DNA of 63,952 nucleotides, the filler included, from Platydemus manokwari (lineage: Eukaryota): the NCBI GenBank assembly GCA_037951405.1. It is 6 parts of 6 records of this genome, joined end to end, with 100 filler letters (N's around TTAATTAATTAA, not from the genome) between each part and the next. Parts side by side here need not be neighbours in the genome. Positions count along the whole stretch, not along the records: positions 22,185 to 34,021 come from JBBMOY010442221.1; positions 34,122 to 43,433 come from JBBMOY011267097.1; 4 more parts are not named here. One strand, written 5' to 3'. Positions 27,235 to 40,985 of the stretch are shown here, one piece after another. Position numbers and translations under genes: made by a program. How positions within the stretch are numbered: position 1 is the stretch's first letter; every line of letters begins with the position of its first letter. The notes below the pieces were generated by a model, which saw only the letters and a program-made list of their open reading frames with translations, had not been told where the DNA came from and did not search any database.

Positions 27235-27870
27235 TGAAAAAACTCTGAAGAAACGGACACTGACCCAATAGTACGAAGGGTAACTGTTTTGTCCAACATC
27301 TGCTTCCCTGAATTGTATAAAAATCCCGTCGTTTATGTGTATAAAAGTAGCTGCATAAAAATAATTGTATATCGTATTCATCGTTAACAATTGTATACAG
27401 TACCGTACAAGTAGTAATTTATAACCCCATAATTGTATAGAAGTTGTAATTGGTGTATAATTGTAATTAATAGTAAATCATTGTAATACACACTTTGAGT
27501 TGGTTTTAAATCTGCCAGTAGGCCTAAGATGTCATAATTTCACAATATATAATTCATTATCATTCATCACCTTTTAAAGTTATTCTGGTGCATTGTTAAG
27601 TGAGACTGATTGTAAGAATCAATAACATCAAAAATCAACACCATAAATAGGACAATAGTAGAGGCAATTACTAAAATAAAATCGATTTCTACGCCGATTC
27701 GCTTATCTTCATATAAGTTGCGATCGTCGAGTCAAATAAACAACAAAACCCATAAGGTCATTATACTACCTGAGGGTCAAGACGGACTCAGAGTACAGAT
27801 AAGACGTAGAATCGATCAATAAAAAAAAAGAATAATAAACCATAAAAGAGAGTGACCCCAAAACGTATCA
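27235..27870 (-). repeat. Dispersed repeat copy 2 (LTR-like), homologous to 13075-13666
   Basis: Collinear similarity with copy 1 and the same terminal boundary (..AAACGTATCA). Confidence 0.8.
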
Positions 27871-28530
27871 ATGATACGAGTATCGAAAGTATCGGTTTTT
27901 CTATCGGGTTGATATTTGCTGTTGATTTATTAGTTATTAATGGGCTCGTTTATGGTGCCAACCGGACTCCACACGATTGGCTGCGTTCGTTGGAAGTAGG
28001 TTATAGTGTAATAATAATATAATGATAGAATAAATAACAATAACGCAACTGTAATAAAATATAATTATCAATCAAATTCAAAGCTACAAAATTAGATAAA
28101 CAAATTGATTATTATAATTGTATAAAAATATAACTGGCGAAGTGTGGCTCACTTAACCAGAGGGCAAGGCTCACGATACGGGTGAATCCCACAATGAGTA
28201 CAAACTATTAAAAAGATGGGAGAAAAACGAAGAGATATTTTGTAAATACCGAATCTATCGATATTCTATGAAAATCAATCAATAATTCTATTTGTCCGTC
28301 ACTGCTTAAATCGGTTGGCTTGTGGAGGAGATTTCTATGCTTGTCTTGTTGCTAATTAATTTGTTCTCGTCGCTCGTAGTTCCTGCTTGATGACTGCTTA
28401 GTCTGATAAATGTTAGTTAACTTTTTGGCGATTTGTTCCGTTTTCTCCGGCTGCTTTTATACTAATTTCTTTATAACTGTAACCAATCACGATTTTTTTA
28501 TATCTGAAATTTTAAAATCCTATTTTTGTT

Positions 28531-28840
28531 TTCTGATCTATTTTTGTAATTAATAAATTCTATTATTAGTTTCTAATCTATTTTTGTAATTAATAAATTC
28601 TATTTTTAGTTTCTATTCTATTTTTGTAATTATTAAATTCTATTTTTAGTTTCTATTCTATTTTTGTAATTAATAAATTCTATTTTTAGTTTCTAATCTA
28701 TCTTTGTAATTAATAAATTCTATTTTTAGTTTCTAATCTATTTTTGTAATTATTAAATTCTATTTTTAGTTTCTATTCTATTTTTGTAATTAATAAATTC
28801 TATTTTTAGTTTTTATTCTATTTTTGTAATTATTAAATTC
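28531..28840. repeat. 40-bp minisatellite, ~7.7 copies
   Basis: Unit TTCTAATCTATTTTTGTAATTAATAAATTCTATTTTTAGT with few variants. Confidence 0.95.
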
Positions 28841-29339
28841 GATTTATAGGATTTTCATGCATTTTTGGATTTTAATTATATGATTATGTTTGTGGGCGTA
28901 ATATATCGTTGTGTGACTCATTATGGATTCGGATCTTAACAAAAATGTGAACAAGCGACAAAGCATCATCAACAGAAATGATTGCTCAAAAAAGGAGATA
29001 TTATTAAGTACTGGCGAGAAAATGAAGAGGTCTAACAGAAATAAAAAGCCAGCAATATACATGAATTACCTAGACGCAGGCTTTTACGAAGACGGACGGA
29101 TGTAATATATGTGTATATATGTATGTACTTAAGAATCTTTATCACACATTGCGAGAATATGTTTATTTTTAATTTTTATTAACTCTTTGATTTTCGTTGA
29201 ACTCATCATGAAGTTTGGCAGATTTTTGTTATTGGTGGAGTTAAATCCAATGATAAGCAGTTATCACTGTGAAGTAAATAAGGACGGGGTGATAATTCAT
29301 GATAATTTATTTGGGAAATTCATTCAAGTAATAATATAT

Positions 29340-29445
29340 TTCAGAAAAATTTCTGCAAAATTTCTAAAATATTTCTGAAAATTTTCTGCAAAACTTCTGA
29401 AAAATTTCTGAATTATTTCTGAAAAATTTCTGAAATATTTCTGAA
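29340..29445. repeat. Degenerate ~11-12-bp tandem repeat (TTTCTGAAAA-like)
   Basis: Direct reading. Confidence 0.8.
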
Positions 29446-29949
29446 AAATAAATTTCGAGTTGATATGCTTGATTGTTTTAATAATCTAAAAATGACCTTG
29501 AGGTTTATGTTGTGAAAGTGAAATATTCTAAACGATAAATAAGGATCATAACATTCAGAAAGAAAACATTGATGCAATGAATAATTTATTAGTTTATATT
29601 ATCGCGTGTTTTATTCGAGATAGCCTGGGGCGATGTTCAAAATTGAGTCCATTTTTTGCAAGTGATCAAGAATGTGCTAGTTTCAACGAGATTTGCATTA
29701 AGAAAGGTGGGAGAAATTTGAATTGGAATACAATGAATGAGTTTGTAATGGATGATGATAATTGATGTGCTTGTTTATATTTATAATTTCTGAACAAATC
29801 GATTGGATGAGTCTGATTGATTGTGATAATTAATGGCTATCTGGACAATATCATCAACTGTATTGATCATAATATCAATATCAATAATAGATAATTACTA
29901 TGTGATGATTAAGTAAAGTAAAAGCCCAATTATATAATAAATCAATGAT

Positions 29950-32160
29950 ATTTATTGAATATTTTAGAAAATAGAGAGTGCCAATTAGTTCTCGACGCTT
30001 GTGAGCGTAAGATCTTTGATAATCGACTTATAATTGATTTATTATGAATATATTTCAGAATGTCCACCAAATAATTTCACAGTTACTGGTTAATAATTGA
30101 TTAAGGAATTGATTTTATAATGATTATCGATAAATATTTATTTAGTTCTTATGGATGTCGTAACTGTTAGCAAAGGTGATTCATTAATATTGTTATTGAT
30201 TTTTTGAAATATTTCCCTGCTTTATATCAATAATATTTCATTTATTTTATCAATAACCAATCAATAATCATATCTATAAATGGTTGTCATAGCTACGAAT
30301 ATCATAATTTAAAATGTATTCCTTATAAATGACAAACAACACAGGAGTTGATAAAATCTTCATCAATTACAAGTGAAGATGTTTTATGGAAGATGGGATG
30401 CCAGCAAATAAAAATCTCTTTCATCATTGATTATAATAGTTGTGTTGAATTAAATAGCTGTTTATTTTGGATATTGCAGAGATATTAGATGGAATATTTC
30501 CAAGGTAACTGGTGCTTATATTTGCCAATCATTTTTGAATCATCATCTCAGTGGATTGCTTAAGAGTTATTATCAAGTGATTTATTGAAATAAAACTGTA
30601 ATGGATATATGTGCAAATTTACATGAGATCTGAACGAAATAAATGCTTTGATAAATGATTAAAGATAACAAAGCAAGAAGAAAGGGAAGTCTAATTCCTC
30701 AGATTGCCAGATATCAATTGGAATAATTTTGAATGAAAAATTGAAGAAATAGTGCTGAGAATTTGTTGAAAAACCAGGTTATTCGGTTTTGGAAGATGTA
30801 TTGTAATTCACTGTTGGTTACTGTGGCAACAGTTGATTGGTCTATAATACTTGTTTTAGATTTTCTCAAATTAAAAGAATTCAATTCAAAGTTTACAACC
30901 CAGTTACCGCATATTCAACCGATATTAGATTCACTCATTAAAAATAATCAAGCCAGTCATGTTATCAAATGGCCCTCTCCGTTAAATATGATTGGATAGT
31001 TTTGTGACAGCAGATTATCACTGGAATACTGCTCCAGGATTACTTTATAATCTGATAAATATCATTTTAAGGATATGTTTAATCGAGTATTTGTGATATT
31101 TGTTGATGATATGCAAATGGATGATAAATCAGCAGAAAAACACAATAGAAACATCAATAAGGTTTTGAACAGATCATCCATATGAAAATATAATGCAGAA
31201 AAATGGTCAAATCTAGGAAGCGAGTCAGAAACGACAATTTTAAGATTGGTTTTCAGAATTTATCTGAATGGATTAAACGATTAATTTCCTGTGTTTCTAC
31301 AAGACGAATCAAATATTTCGGAAGCTATTTTCAATGGTTGGATTTATCGATATGAAATTCAAAAGTCGGATAGAATTAATGTTGCCAGTAGGTTTGAATT
31401 CATTTCGTCTTGTCAATACCAAGCAAGCAGTTTACCAGAAAGGATGGTGTGAACAGTTCTGGACATGATTATGACCACTCTTCAATCTCAGAACGTGCCT
31501 TCGGTTTGGATTAAAGTGATATTTCTCATACCGTGCATCGTATAATATCATGGTTTAATCCGACACTAGTTATTAGAAATGCTGTTTGGAAAAAGCGTTC
31601 TTCTGAGAAACTAGTCAACATTATCTAATTATCTGCGAAAATTTGATCTATTTAAGAGTAGAAGATCGAATTTTTGCGGATTTAGAATAGATGTTGGTCG
31701 GAAAGAAACCTCAAAAGCTGACAAGGAATGGAATAAGATAAAATATCAACCAAATTTCATTGGCACAAAAATAAATGCGGAAAATAACAACATATTGAGG
31801 GATGGAGAGATTTTCTGAAGTAGCATTATCATTAGATGCATTAAAATAAGATTGTGACAATGTTGGAATTAAACTAGATGAATTCGAGATTGGAAGATGA
31901 TCAAGAATAATTCGGCAATAATTTATCGATTAACTATTCGGTAATTTACTATGAGTAGTTAGACGAGATATTTGATGATTATTCCACCAAAGAGCTGGCT
32001 CCTAACAGATTAGTAGGTTGCGTGTAATAAAATATGGATATTATAGTAGTAATAATCAATTCTGATAACGGTACGATTTAGTGCGATGACAATGAACAAA
32101 TGCGTGATGTATGAGTTTAAGACATGATAAAAATCGCCGGAGAAAACTAATGGAAGCTGT
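29950..32160 (+). mobile_element. Highly decayed Ty3/gypsy pol relic
   Basis: QLVLDAC (protease-like, ~29985), QLPHIQPILDSL (~30900), VIFVDDMQMDDKSAEKHNRNINKVLNR..NAEK (~31090-31205). Confidence 0.55.
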
Positions 32161-32202
32161 ATTTGTGAGATATTTTAAACGAATTAAAATTTTAATTAGA
32201 AT

Positions 32203-32399
32203 TTAATTATAATTATATATAAAATAATATTTATATAAAATTAAATAATAATTATATATAAAATAATATTTATATAAAATTAAATAATAATTATATATAA
32301 AATAATATTTATATAAAATTTAATTATAATTATATATAAAATAATATTTATATAAAATTAAATTATAATTATATATAAAATAATATTTATATAAAATTA
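32203..32399. repeat. 39-bp pure-AT minisatellite, ~5 copies
   Basis: Unit AAAATAATATTTATATAAAATTAAATAATAATTATATAT. Confidence 0.93.
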
Positions 32400-34555
32400 T
32401 ATTTATTTGTTTACATATTTGTATTAAAATAGATACCTGGTGCCTTGATTTTTCAGTTTGTTTTTTAACGTGTGATTTTTAAATTAGTAACGGATAACAA
32501 CAGTATTCATATCGATTTTCATGAGATCATTTGGATTATTGTTTTACAGCGAATCTCCTGCCCGAGATTGATGGAAAATTATTGATAAAATTAATAATAA
32601 TATTTACCATAATTATTTATATATTATTTATTTTATTATTTTATACATTATATATTATTATTTATATGAATATTTAATATTCGCGTGCTTATATCTAGCA
32701 ATACATTGCTGTGATAGATTTGAGATTAATGGGGGGAGGGGGCGGTTCAAGATTTAGGAATTTATAAAAGATATTAATAATAAAATAATAAATACAACGA
32801 TTTTAGATCACTCGAGGAGAATCGATGCATTGAAGAATGAATCAGGTATGACAATTTTACTTGCTTGTCTGTGTTTGAGCTGCACATCTGGATTGTCTGG
32901 GTTGAAATGAAACTAGTTGTTGATGTTTCTTTCAAATAACGATCTTCTCTATGACAACTGATATTTGGTCATGTACTTGATTGTTATTGTTGATATTAGG
33001 GTAGCCATTTAGTTGATTCATTCAAAAGGTCGATCTTATGCTGATTGAGATATACTTGTGTGCACGTGTTAATCACATATAACAATAATATAATTAATAA
33101 TCCAGATCACAATATATTCAAATGTGATGAAATCTGTTCCGATAATAGATATTTTTCATAATAATTATTGACATCAACACTCAATATTATATCAAAGACA
33201 CATTTTGAATTTTTGGATATCGATTTATTGTAATTGTTATAAATCGAGATAAAATTTGTTACCATGGAATCATCACGTCTCGACACGTAATAGAGTCTTG
33301 TATCTGTTTATCATCATCATATAGTAACATGTCTCATTCTATGACATGAGATAATGATGATGGCAATATCCAATATTTTGCAATTAGAACTGACGAGTTG
33401 CTTATTGTGATCCAGTGTCTGTTTATTTGAAATTCAATCGATAATTGATCAATATTTGATTGCTATTATATTATTTCAGGTCGAGATTTCATTATGATGA
33501 TGGTTTTGTGTGAGACTTTTATTTACAATCGACTAATATGATAAACTAATTTTAGTGTTTATTTTAGTGCTGTTATTGTGCTTCCAGTTTTTTGAAATCA
33601 AATATCGATTTTGTAGTAAGCACATACATGTTTATCATATTATTTTGATTTGCTCATAAGTCATGTCATTGATTATTGATGATCATATCAATCGATAAAT
33701 AAATTATAATTTCTTCCCCTGATCAAAGATATATTTGGCATTTCTTGTGAATACTATTATCAAGATGCTTCATCGACTTTTTCTAAAAATAATGACGTCA
33801 TCATAATAATTCTAATTCATGCATCACATGACACCGATAATAAATAGAGAATAAATGGATAATTCAATATCAAGAAATTGTGGAGAACATCAAATACTTT
33901 AAACAGGGATAAACGTGAAGATTATAAATATAAATTATTATTAATAATTATTTGCTTTCAGCGAAATTGATTCACCAAACAACTAGAAGAGGTAATTTTC
34001 TATATTTATGTATCGATAATGNNNNNNNNNNNNNNNNNNNNNNNNNNNNNNNNNNNNNNNNNNNNTTAATTAATTAANNNNNNNNNNNNNNNNNNNNNNN
34101 NNNNNNNNNNNNNNNNNNNNNAAAATAAAATATTATCAATTTTTTCATACAAATAAATATTAATATTAATATCAACTTGAAACACATAACACATAATATT
34201 GTTAAAGCGTAAATATCAACATGTAAAATATTGTCAGAAAACATATCAATTGTTAAAACATATCAACTGTCTTCATTCATTGTTCAGAATTTATAACGAT
34301 AAAGTTTATGCCGATTATTATTGATCTCGACGTCTACGGCGATGTTGTGAGGCTGTTGAGAGGCGAAATTTCTATAGTTGAGCTGCTGTCAATTCAATCC
34401 ATACTCAAAGATATCCTATGCGCATATTTTATACATATGGGAATCCTAACTGGGTTACATAATAGAGAAGATATAACTTTATTATATTTATATTTTACAA
34501 CTTTAGATCCTGTTTTATTTTTGGGATTTTGATTTTAATTATTTTATGAAACTAA

Positions 34556-34645
34556 ATGGGGATCATGTGCTAGGTGGGACGGGGATCATGTGCAGCTAAA
34601 TGGGGATCATGTACTAGTTGGGGATAGGTGTAGGTGGGGATCCCA
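34556..34645. repeat. Cluster of GGGGATCATGT motifs (possible DNA-transposon subterminal repeats)
   Basis: Three GGGGATCATGT plus related GGGGAT motifs in a G-rich island. Confidence 0.45.
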
Positions 34646-36002
34646 ACATATATATATAGTTGACATTTTGCCGTTCTTTTGATTCTAATATAATAATTAT
34701 TTATATTTAAAATATTATTTTAATTATTACTGTGTATTAAACTGCAGCAGTTAAGTTAAAGATTTATATAAAACATTTCCGATCCATAACCATTAATCAA
34801 TAATTTTTTGCAAATTATACATTCCTATTCTAAACTTAAACCATACAATAGAAATTCATTAATAAATTATCAGAATTTTAAACAATAAAAAAACATTTGT
34901 TACTAAAACTGACGACAGCATTGATAATTTTCAATCATTATGTTGGAAGAGCATTGGTCTGCTAGTGCTCTACTCAGATAGTGAGGATAGCTAGGAGGAG
35001 AAAACTCTATTCACCACCAGTTCATATGGTGAATGGAAGAACAAAAAGCCGAAGAAAAATCCCAACAAACAATTCAACATCATTCCAACTGGAGCTACAA
35101 CCACATCAAGAAACTTTATTTAAAAACCCGACTGCGCCGCTCATAAATAAGCAAAAACCCACTGCGCCAATAAAATCAAATTTAAATGAGTAAGTTGGGG
35201 TATGCCAAACTAGAGCGTGGATTTAGGTGTCTGATAGTCTACGAGAATTCATAAGCACTACTTCAAATTCAAATTCTTTGAAAAATTATTCGACAAATCA
35301 AAATCAGCTTCCGGAACAGCTTGTGACATTGAATTAATTTGTGAATTTGTGATAACATTTATTGACGATTTTTGATTAAAATTTTGATAATCCTTATAAC
35401 AATATTGATGAAAAATGTCAAGCATTTTTATATTATGGTGTAACATATTTTTGATTTTCTTATAAAATTATGCCAATAAAATATATATTATTTTTATATA
35501 AATCAAATAAGAAATAAGTTAAAGAATATAAAGAAATTTAATATTTAATTTAAAAGGTTAATAATTTTATAACAAAATTTTTCAAAGTTGGCTAATTTAA
35601 TGGAATTTTTAAATTTAAGAACTTTAAAAAGTGGTAAACAATTAAGGTCTAAAGTAAAAAAAATGATTTAAAATTTACAATAGTGATGGAAAATCCTAGA
35701 TACAAAGTACCAAATCTCAGCATCTTTATAAGATGATGGATTTCCATCACAATTCACTCTTAAAAATTTGATTTCTCGAACAATTGCTATCTTGAAAGTT
35801 AGATATATCAAGAATTTGGTTAAAAAACTTTTTACAATTCGACATTTCTGCAACGATAATACTCAATAGGAAAAGAACAATAAATAATTATATAATCTAT
35901 AGTTAGTAACTCGAAATCAATCAAATCTTATAATGAGAAAAGAAACATAATATTTAAAAATTTATTTCATTTAAACACTGTTTCCTTGATACATGCATTT
36001 AT

Positions 36003-38183
36003 TTATACAGTTATCTTGCCTAGTGTTTTCCTAAATTTTGATCGTTGCTGTGCTTTCTCTGGAGCTACTTGCATTGCATTTATTCCAAAATGTATGGCTC
36101 TCAATGTCTCTTCTGCATTTTCCGGTTCACATCGTATATTTACAAACAATAAACATTTGGAATCACCGCCTAAAGTTGGTTTAAGCAAATACGTCAGCTT
36201 TGTTTCTCTGTATGATGGCTTTTGATGATTCCTTAATGAATCAAAAACTCTTCCCAAAGTTGTTAAAGATTTATTTATGCAAGTTGCTTCATTAAATCTC
36301 TCACCAGTTGCTCCTGATTTGGTGACATTTTCCGATCCAGCCAGATCACACAGTGTTAACGTTCCAATGCTTGTTGTTAGATGTATTCTATTTTCCCCAT
36401 AAACCTTTAACAAAACAATTAAATGTGATCTTGAAGAGGTTATGTTCAACAAAGTCGCTGCAACTGTTCTATTCTTTTCTCCCTTGTCAAAGTATCGAAA
36501 TATGTCATTCTCACATCTAACTTCATGCTCAGTCAGACCTTGTAGCATAATCTCATCGTCTTGATTTGACATTATCTTTACATTTACTGATGTTTTATCT
36601 GTTAGAATGTCTCTCACCTCTTCTTGGTATATCTCAACCATGCTCAAAAATAATCGATATTTCCATTGCAAACGAGAATCGCAAATATTTAATAATCGGT
36701 AAATTGCTCGCCTATTTACTCCTGGTTCTTTCACTGTACCCATCATTGTGTGGGTTTTCCCACTACCAGTTTGACCATAAGCCATGATGCACACATTATA
36801 TCCATCGACACAGCTGGTAATTAATTCATCAACTGCTTCAAAAACTTCCACCTGATCAGATTTAGGTCCAAAAACCCGATCAAAAATGAAACACTTACTT
36901 GATTTGCCATACCAATGTTTCGTTATCCTTTCTGGTAAGCAATCACCCATGATAATCAATTTATCTTCAGAGGTTATTTTCAAAAATGTTCTCGGTTGAG
37001 GTCTGATTCGACAATATACTCTTATATTACCTATTAGTTCTTGTAATTTGTTATGTAGTTTTTTTCGTCTTAATTCCTCCTCTTTCAGGATACGTTCCAA
37101 GTCTTCAATCTTTTTTTGGAATTCTTGTTTTTCTATCAGACTTAATGAGCTACACGTATTAGCGTAAATACGATGTAAATTTGGTGTACTCGACGATATT
37201 TCACTCGACTCATTTGTTTGAATGAGTTTCATTTTAGCTAATAAACATCTCAAATCATTTCTCAAATTTGAAACATAACTTTTTAATTTCGATCTTTGGT
37301 CTTTAGCAGTTTTTAAAATATAAAACAATCGATCTTTTGTAGCTGCCAGTCTTTCTAGTTCGCCTCGGAAAATGCGACATTGTGCTATCAAATCAATTAT
37401 AAATGCTGTACTGACATCAAAACCAGATTTAGAAATTTGAATGACATTTCTTGTTTGGCATCGATTGAGAAATTTATCAAAGACAATTTGAAATTCATTG
37501 AGTAATGCTTTTCCAGTGTAAGTAGATATGATCTCCAATTCGGTCTTGTTATTTCTTAATTTATTTAATAACTGACAATCCTTATAGACAACATCGAAAG
37601 CATCTAGCAATGTACAATAATGTTTCTTCCATAATTTAAATTGGAGCAGCTCAAATTTTCTATTTACTATAGATTCTTCATTAATATCGATTGGATTAAT
37701 GTACTTATAAAACGAATTGACACAATTACCAGGAAGAAATCCTTCTATCTTAACCTTATCAATACGATTGAAATCATTTATCGTTGATAAAGATAAAAAA
37801 TCAATATATCTCATTTGAAGACTTTGTAATGCTTTTTGAAGTTGATTGTATTCATCTTGATAACATAGCCAGCTATTTGAAGAATGTATTACACTCGTTG
37901 CACATTCATCATGGTTGTAATTTCTGATGTTTTTATCCGATTCTTTTCTCTTGTTATTATCTGTATCGTTATCAATACACAAATCATGATTGAGTTCGTC
38001 ATGAGAATCAACTAACATATGACTATCCGTTGCATGAGTCATTGTCATTGTGAGACTGCCTATACTAGATCCGCATTCAGACAAAGGTTCTTCCAATTCC
38101 AGTTCATCACGAGTGATAAATTGTTTGGTTTGAAGATTATTTTCATTCTGATTAGTTTGTAACAATATTTTTGATGCCATCAA
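36003..38183 (-). CDS. Kinesin-14 family (KIFC3/NCD-like) C-terminal motor kinesin, 726 aa, intronless
   Basis: Coiled coil and neck RKKLHNKLQELIGNIRVYCRIRP, P-loop AYGQTGSGKT, switch I SSRSH, switch II DLAGSE, PSYRETKLTYLL. Confidence 0.95.
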   Translation of the reverse strand: MMASKILLQTNQNENNLQTKQFITRDELELEEPLSECGSSIGSLTMTMTHATDSHMLVDSHDELNHDLCIDNDTDNNKRKESDKNIRNYNHDECATSVIHSSNSWLCYQDEYNQLQKALQSLQMRYIDFLSLSTINDFNRIDKVKIEGFLPGNCVNSFYKYINPIDINEESIVNRKFELLQFKLWKKHYCTLLDAFDVVYKDCQLLNKLRNNKTELEIISTYTGKALLNEFQIVFDKFLNRCQTRNVIQISKSGFDVSTAFIIDLIAQCRIFRGELERLAATKDRLFYILKTAKDQRSKLKSYVSNLRNDLRCLLAKMKLIQTNESSEISSSTPNLHRIYANTCSSLSLIEKQEFQKKIEDLERILKEEELRRKKLHNKLQELIGNIRVYCRIRPQPRTFLKITSEDKLIIMGDCLPERITKHWYGKSSKCFIFDRVFGPKSDQVEVFEAVDELITSCVDGYNVCIMAYGQTGSGKTHTMMGTVKEPGVNRRAIYRLLNICDSRLQWKYRLFLSMVEIYQEEVRDILTDKTSVNVKIMSNQDDEIMLQGLTEHEVRCENDIFRYFDKGEKNRTVAATLLNITSSRSHLIVLLKVYGENRIHLTTSIGTLTLCDLAGSENVTKSGATGERFNEATCINKSLTTLGRVFDSLRNHQKPSYRETKLTYLLKPTLGGDSKCLLFVNIRCEPENAEETLRAIHFGINAMQVAPEKAQQRSKFRKTLGKITV

Positions 38184-40399
38184 TTATGTAAAAAAAGAAA
38201 ATCTAAATTTTCTCGATAGTCTACTAATTACAATTTATTAGTTTCATACGGATTTAATAAATAATAAATCATTGATTTGATATTATTGATTTAAATAATC
38301 ATACTGATTATAAGAAATAACTACATCATTTGTTCTATTTAACTGAATAACTCTTAATTTTTACACATTTCTCTTTAATATAATAAAATAATGAAATCTT
38401 TGTATTCATTAATATCGATTTACAGGCGTCAGGAACCAACATGGAAGACCAACATGGTATCCACAACTCGGAACGAATTATAAACCGCAAAAAACTCAGA
38501 TATTAGAACAAACTAAACAGTGGTCACAAGAAATCGAGAGCCAACTACAGCTCAACCCAAAAGCACCCGTTTTCCTATCTCTAACGATACAAAAGGCATC
38601 AACAATCTCACGTCAAGATGCTTTTGTCCTGGACGACAAAGAAGAAATAAATGAATTTTGCAAGGTTGACCGGAACACCTGTCCTTACGAATTAATACTA
38701 ACATTTACGGAAGAAAGTAAAGGCAGTTCCTGGATCAGAAAAGATAAAAAACTAATTCCGAGATTAAAGAGAAGGTAAAAATAGGGCGAAAAAAAATGAA
38801 CAAAGAAACGTTTTGTTATTATCAGTAGTATTAATAGGTGAAATCTCAATGATAGTATGTGGAGCCCATCTGGTTACTGAATGTTGATTGGAATGATAAT
38901 GAAGCAAATTATTTTAGTGACTGGTTTTTTGAATTTAGTTTGTGATGAGGTGTCTGGTTTTAAGTTAACAAATAAGCAATATAATTTATAATTTAATAGC
39001 GAATAGTGGTGTTGTAGGGATGCTAAGTCCCCTAAATCCTGGACATAACTCTTGCTTGGAACAGTTAAATTACTATTATCACAATTATTTAAAGAAATGA
39101 AATCAGAGTTCTGATAAAGTCTCCGAGCTGGGCACCGAGTCGACTCCGGATATTGAACAGGGTTCCTAGGAATATAATTAAAATAAGTATAAGCTTTACT
39201 CTCAGAAAATTCATTCCTATAATACTTTTATTCACTCTCGTTTACATTTTCACTTACGTAACCGAATGTTAATGTTTTAAATCTTTCTTCGCCGAATAAG
39301 TGTCAACCTGCTGGTTTCTCTTCCGATTATGGCTTTGATGAAAAAGTCCGAGCTCTGATCAAGAAAACTGCTCTCTACAGTCGAGTGTCCTGGATGAAAT
39401 ATGTTAATGATAACTATAATTTTGATAATAATTTCAATTGTTACTGGTCAGAAACAAATCCCAATCAATATGATCTATCATATGGTTTTAAATCCGCAGC
39501 CCAGCAAAATTTCCGACAAAATTCGTTACACAATAACTATACTAATGATAAATCTTCTAGAAATCCGCCATATTGGAAACAAAACAAAAATGGTCATCCG
39601 TCAGGTGGAATTTTGAAACATGGAAACGATAATGTTTTTGGTGGTGCCGCTTTCCTTGATATTCAATCATGTCTTCATGATTATGATACATTTAATACGA
39701 CTTATGATATCTTGGAGAACCACAAACTTAACTATGATAATCAATTAAATTAAAATAATTCTTCTAATTAAAACTCAAGGAATATCAATATTCATAATAA
39801 ACCGAGTAGTGTTTCTGGCTTAATTCCAGAAATAATCAACTGAATGTATTGTCATTTTTTGCGGAATTTTCTTTTAATTGATTTTTATTCTTGTTATGTG
39901 GAACTACTCTTTTTTCACTTAAACTATTATTATCTTCTTCAATATACTCATCTCTTGAGCTGTTATAGTTTTCTACGGTTCTTTCCTTATATTATCATAT
40001 TCATACACATCTTGCTGCCTTTGTAAATTATATACTATTTTCTTTCACATGGGCTTCTACTTCTATCTCTTATTCCATCGTAGCTACTGATTTTATAATT
40101 ATTATTCCTGTCCTGATAAAACCTATTCTGATATCATTGATAACCTTTGTTATTGATTTGATTTTCATTTTCCTGATTACAGTTATTATTGCTTCTATGC
40201 CCATAATTATTGTAATTTTCTTCATTCTTATCTCTGTCATTATATTATAATTCATATTGTAATTTTATCTATTACTATCGTAATTCATATTTTTATATAT
40301 TTGATTTTTTGATTATTATTATTATTATTATCCTCATATTTCTTTTGTAATTTTTCTAATATTTTGTTTAAATCAGGCCAGTTCATATCTTTTTTCTCA

Positions 40400-40960
40400 T
40401 TCCCATTTACTGATGTCATATTTATTGGCGGTGAAAAATTTCGTTTTTATAATTTTTAAATACGACCCAATCAATTAATTGATTTTTCATTGGTAAGCTA
40501 TATTCTATATAATGGTTTTTTGAACAATTTAGTCTCATATTGTTTCTATTCTTCTTGCATTTGTACTAATTCTTTTAAGTTTTTATGTTCTGCCAACACT
40601 TTTGGACTTTTTAACGCTGGTGCAACTCCTCTTTCGAAATGATTCATCAGTATTTGATCTCTTCCCTCAAGTGTCACATATTTAAGATCATTTAAGCTTT
40701 TCTAGCCAATTGCCTTAATACCATAGCATATTCTCCTACGGTTTCCCCTGATAATTTATATCTATCCAAGAGCCGCTTTACATAACACTGATGGACTTCT
40801 ACTGTTATAACCGATTTTTTCCTCAACTCCACTATTTACTGTGCATAACTTTTTATATCATTAAATTTTAGGTAAACATTTATAGGCCGTAAAATATAAT
40901 GATAGATATTGACTCTTCTCTGCTTCATTCCAGCCATGTACATCCGTTATTCTGAAGAGG
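40400..40960 (-). mobile_element. Ty3/gypsy gag relic
   Basis: DVHGWNEAEKSQYLSLY, SGETVGEYAMVLRQLARK, LEGRDQILMNHFERGVAPALK (capsid-domain pattern). Confidence 0.65.
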
Positions 40961-40985
40961 GTTATTAATTTATCATATTAGTATT

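Noticed and set aside
28531-28840. Regular 40-bp repeats as a CRISPR array (also 32203-32399)
   Set aside because: Head-to-tail units with no unique spacers, no cas genes, eukaryotic context: minisatellites.
32900-33900. Possible Penelope-like RT/GIY-YIG relic on the minus strand
   Set aside because: Only faint motif echoes; too decayed to call by eye.
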